Assembly (NCBI RefSeq): GCF_001194135.2
Contig: NC_068990.1
Span: 80,717,614-80,781,613 of the forward strand
Length of the DNA stretch: 64,000 nucleotides
Source: Octopus bimaculoides
Taxonomy: Eukaryota
Direction: 5' to 3'
The position numbers were made by a program, and so were the translations under genes. This document shows positions 1 to 11,817 of the stretch, one piece after another. Each line of letters starts with the position of its first letter. The stretch's first letter is position 1. Below the pieces are notes generated by a model. It made no database searches and had not been told where the DNA came from. It saw nothing but the letters and a program-made list of their open reading frames with translations.

Positions 1-58
1 TCTTTGCAGTTTCCGCTTGCAACGTATAAGGATACACATTGATTAATATATATATAAA

Positions 59-292
59 GGCGGCAGGCTGGCAGAAACGTTTGAACGCCGGGCGAAATTC
101 TTCGCGGTTATTTCCTCTGCCGCTACGTTCTGAGTTCGAATTCCGCCGAGGTCGACTTTGCCTTTAACCCTTTCGGGGTCAATTAAATAAGTACTAGTTA
201 CGCACTGGGGTCGATGTAATCGACTTAATCCCTTTGTCTGTCCTTGTCTGTCCCCTCTATGTTTAGCTCCCTGTGGGCAATAAAGAAATAAA
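59..292 (+). mobile_element. tRNA-derived SINE (octopus OR/OK-like family 'A'), full length
   Basis: Starts GGCGGCAGGCTGGCAGAAACG and contains B-box-like GTTCGAATTC. The body GAGGTCGACTTTGCCTTT...GGGGTCGATGTAATCGACT recurs at 53228-53418, 53483-53636, 53848-53975 and 55408-55620. Ends AATAAAGAAATAA. TA-rich flanks on both sides. Confidence 0.8.
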
Positions 293-608
293 TATATACA
301 TATGCATACATACATATACATATATATATATGTATGTATGCATGTATGTATGTATGCGCGCACACACACGCACGCATCGCATATATATGTATGTATGTGA
401 GTATCTGCACATGTGGAAATTTACGTGAAGGTAATTTATGCTCTTCTCCAACCGTATTACACTCAGCGCGAACGCACAAACACGCACACAAAAACATACA
501 TATACATGTACAGCATAGTATAGATATTGTGTGACACATTTAGTTTTTTAAAACTTATGAAATGACTTATTTAGGCAACATACAGCAAAATGACTGTGGA
601 TTTTGTAG

Positions 609-671
609 GCTTGCTGAAGATTTTGAAATTCTTGGGCTGTTCTTATCAAGCACGTGACTTGATGGGAGGAG
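609..671 (+). CDS. Candidate internal coding exon (phase 1-1): (G)LLKILKFLGCSYQARDLMGG
   Basis: TTTTGTAG acceptor and GTATGT donor. 63 nt, open in the frame that joins in phase with 975-1049. Confidence 0.5.
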
Positions 672-974
672 GTATGTTGAGGAACTACATTCTGGAAGAA
701 TCAGTTTTTCAATATTATCTCACACAAAGTTTCTAATTTCACTATAAATCGAAATTATTTCATGAGGTTTGTACAACTGCAAGCAAGTCACAGATACATC
801 AATTGACCTACAAAAAATTAAAAGTCTCAGCTTTGATGCATATTAACATTTTAGAAATAATTCCGAGGTACTGATTTAAAAAATCCCATTTATTTTGACC
901 CAGTATTTTTACATGGCTTGCAATAGAAATCCACAATATTTTGAAAAAGTAATACTCTTTATTTTGTATTACAG

Positions 975-1049
975 GACTACAAGACGAATTTCAAATTAAT
1001 TTTGCAAACCAATGTAGGGATACAATCAACAAAATCCCCAGAGTACCAG
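975..1049 (+). CDS. Candidate internal coding exon (phase 1-1): (G)LQDEFQINFANQCRDTINKIPRVP
   Basis: Strong pyrimidine-rich acceptor CTCTTTATTTTGTATTACAG. 75 nt open. The GTAGTT donor is weaker. In phase with both neighbouring candidate exons. Confidence 0.5.
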
Positions 1050-1061
1050 GTAGTTTTCTAT

Positions 1062-1660
1062 GCTAAAGAATTTCTTCTGTTTGATCTCCTTTGACGGGAA
1101 ATTTTTCTGCAGTCTTTCTTCAAATAACACAAAAATCTGCCATCATAACTCTATTCCGTCGTCCGAGATAACGTTCCTTCATCGCTTTAAGATCCCAGTG
1201 GAAACGTTTTTCTTGTTCGTTGAACTTGTCACCCAGACTTCCAGGAAAGCTTTCCAAATAGCTGACAAAAACATATTTTAACACTCGTGTTGCAATCAAG
1301 CATAGGAAAACTGAATTAATTGGTTAACTATTTCAATGTATGTGTCGTGCTTTACATTTCCAAGAAATTTGGTTATAACTTCTACAAAAGCATTCCAGTC
1401 TGTTGCTTCAACCTCATTCATACAGAGTACAAAATAAAACCGGTAGCAGAACCGAGGTTAAAACGACTAGAACCCAACTGTACTTCGGATATTTTATATG
1501 ATTTTATCTTCACCTAGAAAGAAGCTCAAATGAGAACTAAGTGTCCTTCACATCCAGTGGCTTGATGGTAATTAACCCTCAGCTGGCACCCTAACAGATA
1601 TTGCTACTTCAGATCAAAGCAGATCAGCAGACATAATAGCTGGTTGCACATTCTCCCAAA
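1062..1660 (-). mobile_element. Chapaev3-like (CMC superfamily) DNA transposase remnant with frameshifts and stops
   Basis: Minus-strand pieces MNEVEATDWNAFVEVITKFLGN, LDCNTSVKICF and SYLESFPGSLGDKFNEQEKRFHWDLKAMKERYLGRRNRVMMADFC. These match the remembered motif string MNEVE..AW..F..V..NFLGN...LGCNMS.KIHFL.SHLDFFP.NLG..SDEQGERFHQDI..ME.RYQG.W...MMADYC. The Chapaev3 family name is from memory. Confidence 0.7.
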
Positions 1661-2529
1661 CCCTCGTACTTATGTAGCAGGGCCCAACTACCAGATGCAG
1701 GCTAAAGTATTAACCAGGATACACATACAAGCACACATGCGCGCGCACTTTCACATGCACATGCATATAAACTCATTTCAACATAGACATATATAAAGTC
1801 AGTTCCACACAGACATATATGTGTATTGAATTTAAAGTGTAGATTTGTCGACCGCTCTTTGTAGAAACAAATGTTTTACATTACAGCCTAATTTATTTAG
1901 TTGTTTCTTTTTTCTAATGTATTTTATATTTCAATCAAATCACATATACATACAATTGCATATACATACACTCACAAATACCCACATATATAATTCACTA
2001 CGAATTTATGAATATTGGCAAAGAGAAAGACTAAGTGAATGTACACTTGCTTGTTTTTGCGAATGTTAGGGAATCTGAAGAAGAGAACTATAAAAGAGAT
2101 AAATAGCTGAAAGGGGATGTCTGGGCAGATAATGGATAAATTGAAACTGGAATGTGGCGGAAAGAATTATTTCTCATTGGAACGTATCACAATATTAATA
2201 ATTGATAATAGTCAGTTGTATTAAAAGATGATCAATTTCCTACAAGAGATTAAAGCCATGACCAGCCACCACTTTAACTAGCTGGACTGGTTAACGACTC
2301 AGTGAAGGCACTGGTGGAGGGTGGCGCCAGAGACGAGTGATTTTTGCGATACAGAAGTAGATTGTGAAAGAGCTCTCCAGATTAACATTATGTATCATCT
2401 GTTTGTCTGTCTGTTTTTCTGTCTGCTTGCCTGTCACTCTTTCTCCATCTTCTGTTTCGCTTTCTCCGCGCGCGCGCGCGTGTGTATAAGTATATATATA
2501 TATATAAATTTATTTTCCTGTGTGGTATG

Positions 2530-2641
2530 TGTATATACATATCTATATCTATCTATCTATCTATATGTCTGTGTGCGTGTGTGTGTGTATGTGTGTGTGT
2601 AGATAGATGCAAAGATAGATAGAAATAAATAGTTGATAGAT

Positions 2642-2712
<71 letters not shown>

Positions 2713-2732
2713 AATAGAGAGAGAGAAAGAGA
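2530..2732. repeat. Compound microsatellite (TATC)n-(TG)n-(GATA)n-(GA)n
   Basis: Directly visible. Confidence 0.95.
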
Positions 2733-3916
2733 AACAGACCAGCGAAGAGAGAGTTTGACATACTGATATATAATGGATAGACATATAGATATAGAATTAT
2801 CTATTTCAGCGGAGTTTCCTGGACGCCGACTTAATTTGTTGCTCAATTATGTAGTAGAACGTAATGTGGAATTCAAGGACATATTGGAAAAGAAATAATT
2901 ATTGGAATGGTTTGGAAGGAGGACTGTCTGAATGATGTTGGTCACTTATTTTATAATAATGATATTTTGTCAAGAATAGGCTAAGTAGATTCTTCTTCTT
3001 CGAGCAAATTATCTAAGGACTCATTCACCTCTCAATTATCCGCTGAATTCTTTTTATACTTTTGAAAATCTGCATTATTGTTCACATACACTTGGAAAAA
3101 TAATGTTCTCTAACTAAGGTTCACTGCCCCGAATTTGGAAAAGAAATGGGCATGAGTTCAGTATATATTTATTACTTATATTACAACTGGATCTGAAAGA
3201 GTATAGTGACGCAACAAAGTACTTATAGCAAATCAATATTGTCACAATGTTCTTTTTTCAATGTTTATTACATCCGAAATGTAAAGCTGACTATCGCAAA
3301 TTAAGCTAGAACTTTGATCAAATATAAGCTTCTCTCATGCAGTTTTGAAGCAATGAACATATCAGGCAGACTGGGCCCTCTCTTAAATAATTAAATATAA
3401 CCGGGGGACAACTATATTGGTTAGTTTCTAGCATTCAATTTCATATTTCTCATCTGTTCAACTATTTCTCGTGCATTTATCTATAAGTATTCCAAAGCTA
3501 TCCCACTCTAATTCAGACCCCTATCGATCACAATAGTCTGCTTCCTAACAGGGCTTACATTTATTCCAGTAGAGATCAATATCTGAGGCTCCATTTATTA
3601 AATTACACTGAATTTGTTTTACAATTCTGTTGACATAAACCGTCATTCTTCCGTAAATATATAAACGTTTATAGAGAACAGAGTATCGATGACTGATTCA
3701 ATTGCTTTGATTATTGTAAACTGAGGAAAATATTTGATTTTGATTTTTAATGCTAATCAATGCTGCAAATCCGTCCAACTGTAATAATATTTGCAAATAT
3801 ATTTCGTGAAATCACGAGTTGGTAAGTTTCGGTTATATTATACTGTATGTTGTTTCACTAGGCGTTGTAATCTGTTTAAAACATTTTCTAAAATTGGATG
3901 TGGTTCACGTTGTTGG

Positions 3917-4270
3917 CACTCCGTCGCTTACAATGTTGAGGGTCCCAGTTGATCCGATCAACAGAACAGCTTTCTCGTGAAATTAACGTGCAAGTTGCTG
4001 AGCACTCCACAGACACGTGTACCCTTAATATAGTTCTCGGGGATATTCAGCGTGACACAGAGTGTGACAAGGCTGACCCTTTCAAATACAGGTACAACAG
4101 AAACAGGAAGTAAGAGTGAGAGAAAGTTGTGGTGAAAAGTACAGCAGGGTTCGCCACCATCGCCTGCCGGAGCCTCGTGGAGCTTTTAGGTGTTTTTGCT
4201 CAATAAACACTCACAACGCCCGGTCTAGGAATCGAAACCGCGATCCTATGACCACGAGTCCGCTGCCACC
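3917..4270 (-). mobile_element. tRNA-derived SINE family 'B' (OR2-like)
   Basis: The reverse complement has B-box GGTTTCGATTCC, body GGGTCAGCCTTGTCACACTCTGTGTCACGCTGAAT...GTGGAGTGCTCAGC and tail CGACGGAGTGCC. Homologous to 13098-13358 and 36720-37010. Confidence 0.8.
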
Positions 4271-4790
4271 ATGGTTCACGTATTTTAGGGAAGAATCCCA
4301 ATCTATTATATCAACTCATGTAATTAAGCTATACTTATTTAAATGGACCGTGGAACGATATAGCATACACACAGCATAGCAGGATTTGAAGCCAAAATAG
4401 AAAGAAACGTGATTATTAATAATAAATCTTACATACACGCGCGCTCGCGCGCACACACATGTATATAGGGCTAGACGTTGCGTAAAAGGTACAATCCATC
4501 TGGCGGGTGTCTACTAAATTTCTATCAACTCAAAGTTACTCACAGAGCAAGAAAAGAAGGGCAGTTACCTAAAGTGCAACGCTGTGGAATCTTAAAAATA
4601 AGTAATCACGAATAAAATTTCTTAAGCATGCAGAGAAACCCTACATGCTTATGTTGCACATCATTCTATATTTTACACGTAACTCACCACACACATACGT
4701 ACACACAAACAACCACACTTACCCGTGTATCGAAACACATACATACATACATACATACAAACTCATATACAGATAAATTAGAATTGGATG

Positions 4791-5940
4791 AACGAAGTGT
4801 ATTCCTGAAGGTTTGAAACCTTTTTAGACTGTCCTGGATTATTTTTATTTATTGTTTCGTTACTACACATCTAATAAACCGAGCAGCAAACCTTTCATCC
4901 AGATTGAAGGGGAGAGCTGTGACGGCGCTTTGGACATACCTCCCTATACACTGAATGTCACAGCTGAGTAGGTTGTAGAATGCGGTAGGGATATCAAAAC
5001 AATTTGGAAGCTCCCTATGCAATGAAGTTTTCTGTTAAACTTGGTACAATTGCTACAGAAATTTATACAAATCAATCCATTAGAAGCCCGGAGTATTTCA
5101 TGAGCCGAGCAACTGCTTATTAAGGATGGTAGAGAAGAGATAAGAAAAGATGAGAGATAGAGAAGGGCATCAGAACATCAGAGCTGGCTGCAAGAATTCT
5201 CTTTACAGTTGGTGTAGAAACTATACACAGAATTATTCATGAAGGTCTCAACATTCAAACCGTTTATGCAAAGTTTGTTCCTAGAATGCTCAATGATAGA
5301 CAGAAGAAAAATGCGTTGCTGATAGCAGGAAAATTATTGAGTTCACTACATCCAATCAAAGCATTTTAACCTTTGATGACCTGTGACAGTCAAAGTACTT
5401 TCTCTCTGAGAACATGTGACAATCAAAGTACTTTTTCTCTGAGGACATGTGAAAATCAAAGTACTTTAGTCTCTGATGACCTGTGACGAAAGCTGAATCG
5501 ACTGTTATGATCCAGTGGCTAATAGACAAAATGCCCGATTGAAGCATTCTGTTTCCTTCAGATCCGAGAAGGTCTGGGAAAGCAATTCCACCATTCAGTC
5601 TATTATGTTCCTTTTTCTCGAGAGCAAGGGCATCCTCTACATCCACTACACCCTCTCTACAGTCCAGAACTTGCTTCCTGTGACATTTTTTGTGTCCTCC
5701 AAGATGTAGGAGAACGTCAACGGTAGTCGTTTTCAGACATTGAGAAGGTGAAGGAGACAGAGGCAAGGGTCTTGAACAAAGACCTCCTTGGGGGTTCCGC
5801 AAAGTGGCTGGAAGGCTACAACAAGAGAATGGAAGTCAGAGGATTCTACTTTGAAGAAGATTAAAGTTTCATAATTATTTGAAGTAAATAAATAAATGTC
5901 TCTCCTACAAAATTCTCATAAGTCCGGGATACACCTCGTA
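4791..5940 (+). mobile_element. Defective mariner (Tc1/mariner, DD34D-type) DNA transposon with both TIRs and an internal deletion
   Basis: The right TIR reverse complement TACGAGGTGTATCCCGGA matches the left AACGAAGTGTATTCCTGA at 14/18, and the element ends in TA. Translated remnants: AKFVPRMLNDRQK, MTCDES(W), MFLFLESKGILYIHY, NLLPVTFF (similar to DLAPCDFFLF) and RGFYFEED*. Confidence 0.85.
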
Positions 5941-6829
5941 TCTTCGACAGAACAAGGTGATGGTGCTACTACGTACATTGTTTTCGAAACACACCTGTAC
6001 ATACTGTTGGCAATATTATTCTTTTAAATTCACGCAACGGATATGCAGCTGCAGCAATCGAGAGAAAGACTGCAAAACGCGAAATTTATATTCATATTAG
6101 GGAGCTTAGCATTAAGAACAAAACTTTACCCCAAAAATGCGAACTTGTAATCACACCCCAATATAGTAAGAACGTGTCCTCATGTCATCCACTACAGCTC
6201 CTATTACTCTAAACCTTACAACTGTCTTTCCTCCACTTCATTTTGTCTTTCATTCTACCCTCTATACATTCCAGTATGTACCTGTCAATTTTACTCATTA
6301 TAATTTACTGCATTTATCTCCGAATATCTGCTTGCATATTTTCCTCTACAGTAGTAGGCAAATATTTATTTAAGTATTGATTTACACTTCATAAAACGCA
6401 AATCCATCTATTTGATAGAAACATGGTTGGCATGTTGAAATCATTCGCTATAAAAGTGAATGTGAAGTGATCAAATGAAAACTTGAAACTAGCAATGGAT
6501 GTTAGTCCGCATTTACATTGCTTAGCTTAATCTCAATACCACATTATCGTTTCTGACAATTCGCCATTGTGGTTATATTATGAGTGCTACTGTAAACGTT
6601 TTCGTAGCAACACCGACGTCAGAACAGAAGTAAAATACTATAAAATAGTCGGCTGAATAATTGCTCTTTCTTTATGGTTATATTGATAAAACGGTTTGGA
6701 ATAATTTCTAAATGTGTAACCTAAAACAGAATCATATTGTAATATTTCATATTTACTTTCTTGTATATTTTGTGTCCACTGCTCACCTAGTATTTTTCAA
6801 GATTTCTTTTGCTTGATTAATACATGCAG

Positions 6830-6924
6830 AATCTAGAAAGACTCTAAAGTTTGAGATCTCTGTATTAGGACTCAACAGCCTGATTTTAACAAATGTGTTT
6901 ATTCTTTTGAAGAATCTGTTATAA
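6830..6924 (+). CDS. Candidate terminal coding exon: (E)SRKTLKFEISVLGLNSLILTNVFILLKNLL*, with a hydrophobic, GPI-signal-like C-terminus
   Basis: Acceptor TTTCTTTTGCTTGATTAATACATGCAG. Only the phase-1 frame is open, matching the upstream exon. Followed by an AT-rich UTR-like stretch with AATAAA. Confidence 0.45.
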
Positions 6925-7231
6925 CATTTTGGAAAATATTCTACTGCTATGAATCGAACTATTTATTTTCAAATATTTTACTGATAGAAGAATGACAATT
7001 GATTCTATATGATGCATTTCTGACATCTGGAAATGTATAAATTGGACATAAAGAAGAATGCTATTTGTTTGTCTTACATTTCCAATCAAATACTTGGGAA
7101 ATCGATATATGTTTCCACATTCGAGGAATTCTGATGAAAGACTGTATCCCAAGCTGGAAATGCAGGACTTTGTACAAAATGTCATTTTGACACATCATAA
7201 TTTAACCGTTTTTGAGCAGAGAAATAATTTG

Positions 7232-7237
7232 AATAAA
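7232..7237 (+). terminator. Candidate polyadenylation signal AATAAA (a second one at 7472-7477)
   Basis: About 310 nt after the putative stop at 6922-6924, with T-rich sequence downstream. AATAAA is common in AT-rich DNA. Confidence 0.3.
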
Positions 7238-8039
7238 ACATCTGTATAAACAACTGTATAATTTTGTTAAGAAATATATAACCAACTACTTCATGAGAAT
7301 GAATGTTGAATTAATTTTTGTCTTCAACAGTTCACTTTGTTATTGAAATTTTAATTATTTTTCTGCTAATAATAATTTATATTTTTATTATATTATGTTC
7401 ATTATTATATTTTTTGTGTGTGTGTCTGTAATTAATCTTCCACTTTACAATACAATTTTTAACATTTTTTAAATAAACAATTATTTATGGAACTATCTTT
7501 ATATTGATATAACAATATGTTTTAGCTGATGCCATACACAACACATGCTAGAAATCTTATCTGAAACCGAAATGCCAGAAATAGACCAAGTTTAAAATTT
7601 CTGACCACTATTTTTCAGCAATTAAGCAGAAATATAATTTAGAATATTCCGGAATGTTTCATTAACTTTATTTCCTTACAACTCCAGAATAAGTTTTAGG
7701 GTTAGGGTTGCTGTGGAATTGTTTGTATTACTACTGACGTTATCTATTGTTCAAGTATAAAAATACATTAATTTGAGATTTTAACAACAAAGATTCACTT
7801 AAAGAACTCATAGTATAGGATCCAGTACCAAAAATTGTTTTTGATACACTGCTTCCATCAATTTTATAGGCATTGAGCGCTTCGGTCCCGTATTCAATAC
7901 AATGGGTGCAACATAACTTCATTGGAAGGGACTTGAATTTGAATCAGATCGCTTCAGACCGTTTGCAAGCATGATGCGGAGCGAACGCTGTTGTTAACAG
8001 CGTCAAAATATAAGAAAAAGTGAGAAGAGAGATTCAATG

Positions 8040-8490
8040 CACTCTACAGGGACAGATAACAGAAACATAAGTTAGAAGTAAATAAGGGAGTGGACTGCAT
8101 CACGTCTAAGATTTCTGATTCGTTCATCCTACGATGTCTTGCCATTGCTTACAACCCTAGTAAAGTCGGAACACCGAAACATATTCTTTCCAACTGTTCA
8201 CTGTGGAGACACAGTCTGGTCCTTAAGCTTATCTTCAACGCTATAAAGAACCAAATCGCTCTCATCAGCAGTAGAAAAATACCACTGAAAGAATGAACCA
8301 GAGAGTTCATTATCTTCGTGCACTCAGGACAGCAGATCCGTTTCAAAAAGAAGAAACTTCTTGTGGGCGACGTAAAGTGGAATGGCTATTGGAAGGTGGC
8401 TTCAGATTTACTAGAATGCTAATGATTCTTTCGCATTCCAGTTACGAAGAAACCGGATATCATCATATTGTGTGAAAGAAAGTGGTGAAT
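8040..8490 (+). mobile_element. HERO-like restriction-like-endonuclease non-LTR retrotransposon fragment
   Basis: Translates with frameshifts to EWTASRLRFLIRSSYDVLP, GTPKHILSNC..WRHSLVL and WKVASDL...KKPDIII. This fits the remembered HERO pattern FLIRS.YDVLP / HILS.C / WRH..VL / RPD. Confidence 0.65.
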
Positions 8491-8534
8491 CTAGTAAATA
8501 TACTTGGTAAGACGGAAAATGTGTTGCCTGCAGA

Positions 8535-8606
8535 TGGCCACGGGGAATCGAGCGCTGTACCTCTCAGATACCAGCTGAGTTGTCCATGCTATTAAGCTAA
8601 GCGGCC
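8535..8606 (-). pseudogene. Degenerate tRNA-like sequence (anticodon GGT, Thr-like); pseudo-tRNA or SINE head
   Basis: 72 nt. Perfect 5-bp anticodon stem CTCAG/CTGAG with loop CTGGTAT. Acceptor stem GGCCG/TGGCC plus A. A-box-like TAGCTTAATAG and B-box-like GCTCGATTCC. The D and T arms are damaged. Confidence 0.6.
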
Positions 8607-10148
8607 TCTGACAATATTTAGCGTCTATTTTACTGCTATGTAATAATGTTGGTTCTGTGACAGCATTTTATCAACAACATTTTATATATAAATGGCGTAT
8701 GTTTATAATCTGTGTTCAGATATAAAAGAAAATATGAAAGTGGCTTACACCATCAAAATGGGTTATGTATTACATAATCAAGAATCGACTGGTAGATGTT
8801 ATTGAACAAGTGAAATTGTCAATAGTTACATGATGCATACAGAATAAAAAGAGTCGAATACAAAAAAAAAATGTGATTACTAAATAGAAAACAGAGGAAG
8901 CAGATCAACTGGTGAACTAAACTAGAAGCTCTCCTGTGAAAACGGTGGCCAGAATACAACTCACGATGACCCCTTTTTATCGTGAGAAATTATCCACCAG
9001 GTATCAAGCATCTGGTTGGCATAGCGAGTTAAAAAGCTAGTAACGGCAAAGACGATTTAATTTGAAACTCGGTAACTGACTTTATGTGCAATACGCATAA
9101 AGGCGTACGCGGGCGTTCACCCTTCTTACTCACATGAATACACTAACACACACAGACACACACAGACACACGCACACACACACACATACACTATGTTTGT
9201 TCGTGTGTGTGTGAGTGTTTGAGTTTGAGAGAGAGAGAGAGTGAGCGAGAGATAACTGCTACGAATATTTTTATTTTAATTCCCTATTTCTATTCAGAAA
9301 AATATGTTTGAAAAGATTACATGAGAGCTATATGCGCATATAGATATAAACATATAGACATATTGCATTTGTTCAGTGAATATTAATACTGTCTTGCTTC
9401 TTTTACTATCTCCCGCTTTTTGGCTCATTCGTGTGTCAGTCTTTGACAAAATCTATGTATGCGCTATGCTTATGTCTTTAAGGGAAATATTTTCCCCTCG
9501 TATTGATCCGTCCCTTTTCAAATAATTCTTTTTAGAGTAAATATTGAAAATCCTGTTAACATCTACAACAACACTCTTATGTCTTCGTTAATAAAACAGC
9601 AAGGTATAGAATTGTATAATATTCTCACTATCAAATCCTGGTTTCACAGCAAATTGTCAACTATCTGCATATTTTATAATGCCTCAGGCGTCTAGACATT
9701 CTGTTTGCCCCTTATTAAAGAGAGCTTGTATATACGTATCTTTTCCCATCGTGTTTTTCCTTTCTCAGTTAAACTTAATATATCAATAAGTATCACTTGT
9801 AGGTAATCCTGGCACATGAGCAAAAATCACTATTTATGCTTTACACAACGTAATGTTGTTTTAATGTCATATGTATGCTTATTTTCCAGCTTTTCTTTCT
9901 TGTATGGAACAGAATGAAAGCGAATGAAGACTTGCTGTTAAAAATTTCCACAAATTTTGGTGTTGATCAAACAGTCGAAAAAAGGAGCGATGTATTTTAT
10001 ATGACGAAAAGTTAATAATTTCTCCAAGGAATGCAATTCTGCTACAGGAAGGGTGGCAGCTTAAGGTTTGTAGGGCTGTTCTTCAATACCGGCTTGCAGA
10101 CATCATATTCCTGCGTGAAACAGCTCTTATTGCACACAGAAAATTTCC

Positions 10149-10190
<42 letters not shown>

Positions 10191-11280
10191 TTATTTCTAA
10201 ATCTCTCTGTATGTATGAATACATTCACATACAGATAGGCTTATATATGTGAGCGTATATATGTGAGTGTGTATGTCTGTGTGCGTGCATGTGTGTTTAT
10301 ATGTATATACGTATCGTTACTGTTGTTAAGCTTGCTTTAGAATAATAACCATATTTTAATATTATCAATTTTCTTCAAAATATTTCAGAATGTATAAGAA
10401 ATAAGTTATTTAATTGCTAATGTAAATTTGAGAAAAAAAAAATGCCAGAACAGAAATGCAGAAAGGGAAGGATGTGAAAATATTACAGGAAGGTAATTAT
10501 AAAAGTGTGGAGGGAAGATTTGGAAATGTGACCATTAAGTTCTACATTTAGATAAATGCAAAGAGCCCAATTGAAGCTATGAATGTTAAACTAAATAGAA
10601 GAAAAAAAGAAACGAACGGAATCAAATATTGAAAACAAAATTGTTCCATAACTTTATTTTGAAGAAAAGCGACCATTGCATACTCCATTTATTAACTTAA
10701 ATTCTAAGAGCGTATCAGATTTTATTGGAATATACAGATGTTATTTTTTCCCAAAGTATTACACGTGTATATCTGTTAAGTATATGCATCTAATATCGTG
10801 AGTTTATAGTTTGGATCAATTGCATTTATGAATTTGAATAATATATTTTAGTTAAACCAAACTAAACGCCATCATGTTGTCATGTAGTAGTTGGGAAATA
10901 TGCAGCACTGGACAGGCTGCAGTTTGTAGGAATATGGTTTGCTTGTTAAAATATCAAAAACTCTTGTATTATTATTCGAAATAGGCTTTCTCCAATGTAA
11001 AACAATCATAAATAATTGCAGTCATTGGGTAAAGGAGTAGGTAAGGTTTCGCATATAATGGCAATCATTGAAAATGGACTAGGGAAAATATCTGAAGATG
11101 CTGAAGGTGTTTCAGTAGATATAATAAGGGTGTAGGCCGTAATGAGTATAGTGAAAATTAATTAATGTAACGGGTTGAAAATTTGGATGATACAAAGGTA
11201 GCTGTCGGTTACACAGTTACACACACGTGCACGAAACACAAATATAAATCTATGCCTGTATGAACTCCCAGACTCATACA

Positions 11281-11326
11281 GACAGACAGACAGACAGACA
11301 CACACACACACACCCACACGCACGCA

Positions 11327-11410
<84 letters not shown>
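11281..11410. repeat. (CAGA)n-(CA)n microsatellite
   Basis: Directly visible. Confidence 0.95.
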
Positions 11411-11411
<1 letters not shown>

Positions 11412-11758
11412 ATTTAAGAGCCAATCCCAGGAAGCTAAGTAAATCGTGAGAGAATGTTCTATTTTTAGGAAGTAAGGAAATATAAAAATTAAAGAGTATT
11501 GGTGTAAACTGCTTGTGAAAATGAAATTAACTGAAAATGTGTTGATATATGACAATACTTAATAATCTAAATAGACATAATTTGAAGAACATTATGTGTC
11601 AGGAGTCGTAAAATACTAAAAATTATGATGCAAGACGTATGCGGAAGCATGGCAGTTTTGCATAAATTACTGTTTTTCCTGAGATGCGTGACTAGAATAT
11701 CATGTTCATAAAAAGAGAAGTACATATGCGCGTGAATTTAAAGTTATTCCTATATGCA

Positions 11759-11759
<1 letters not shown>

Positions 11760-11817
<58 letters not shown>
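11760..11817. repeat. (TATC)n microsatellite
   Basis: Directly visible. Confidence 0.95.

Noticed and set aside
2940-3800. Possible antisense LINE RT remnant
   Set aside because: No diagnostic motif could be read with confidence.
5374-5487. CRISPR-like spacing of ~33-bp repeats, and CTGATGA...CGAAA resembling a hammerhead at 5473-5491
   Set aside because: The units are contiguous with no unique spacers and lie inside a mariner ORF. The apparent hammerhead has no stem II pairing and simply encodes LMTCDES.
7740-7922. 60-aa minus-strand ORF MKLCCTHCIEYGTEALN...
   Set aside because: No recognisable homology or good acceptor in frame. The length is within chance expectation.
11092-11125. CTGAAGA-TGCTGAA(GGTG)TTCAGTA-GATA hammerhead-like relic
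   Set aside because: The GAAA core is broken (GATA) and there is no stem I. At most a decayed relative of the 21.4 kb motif.
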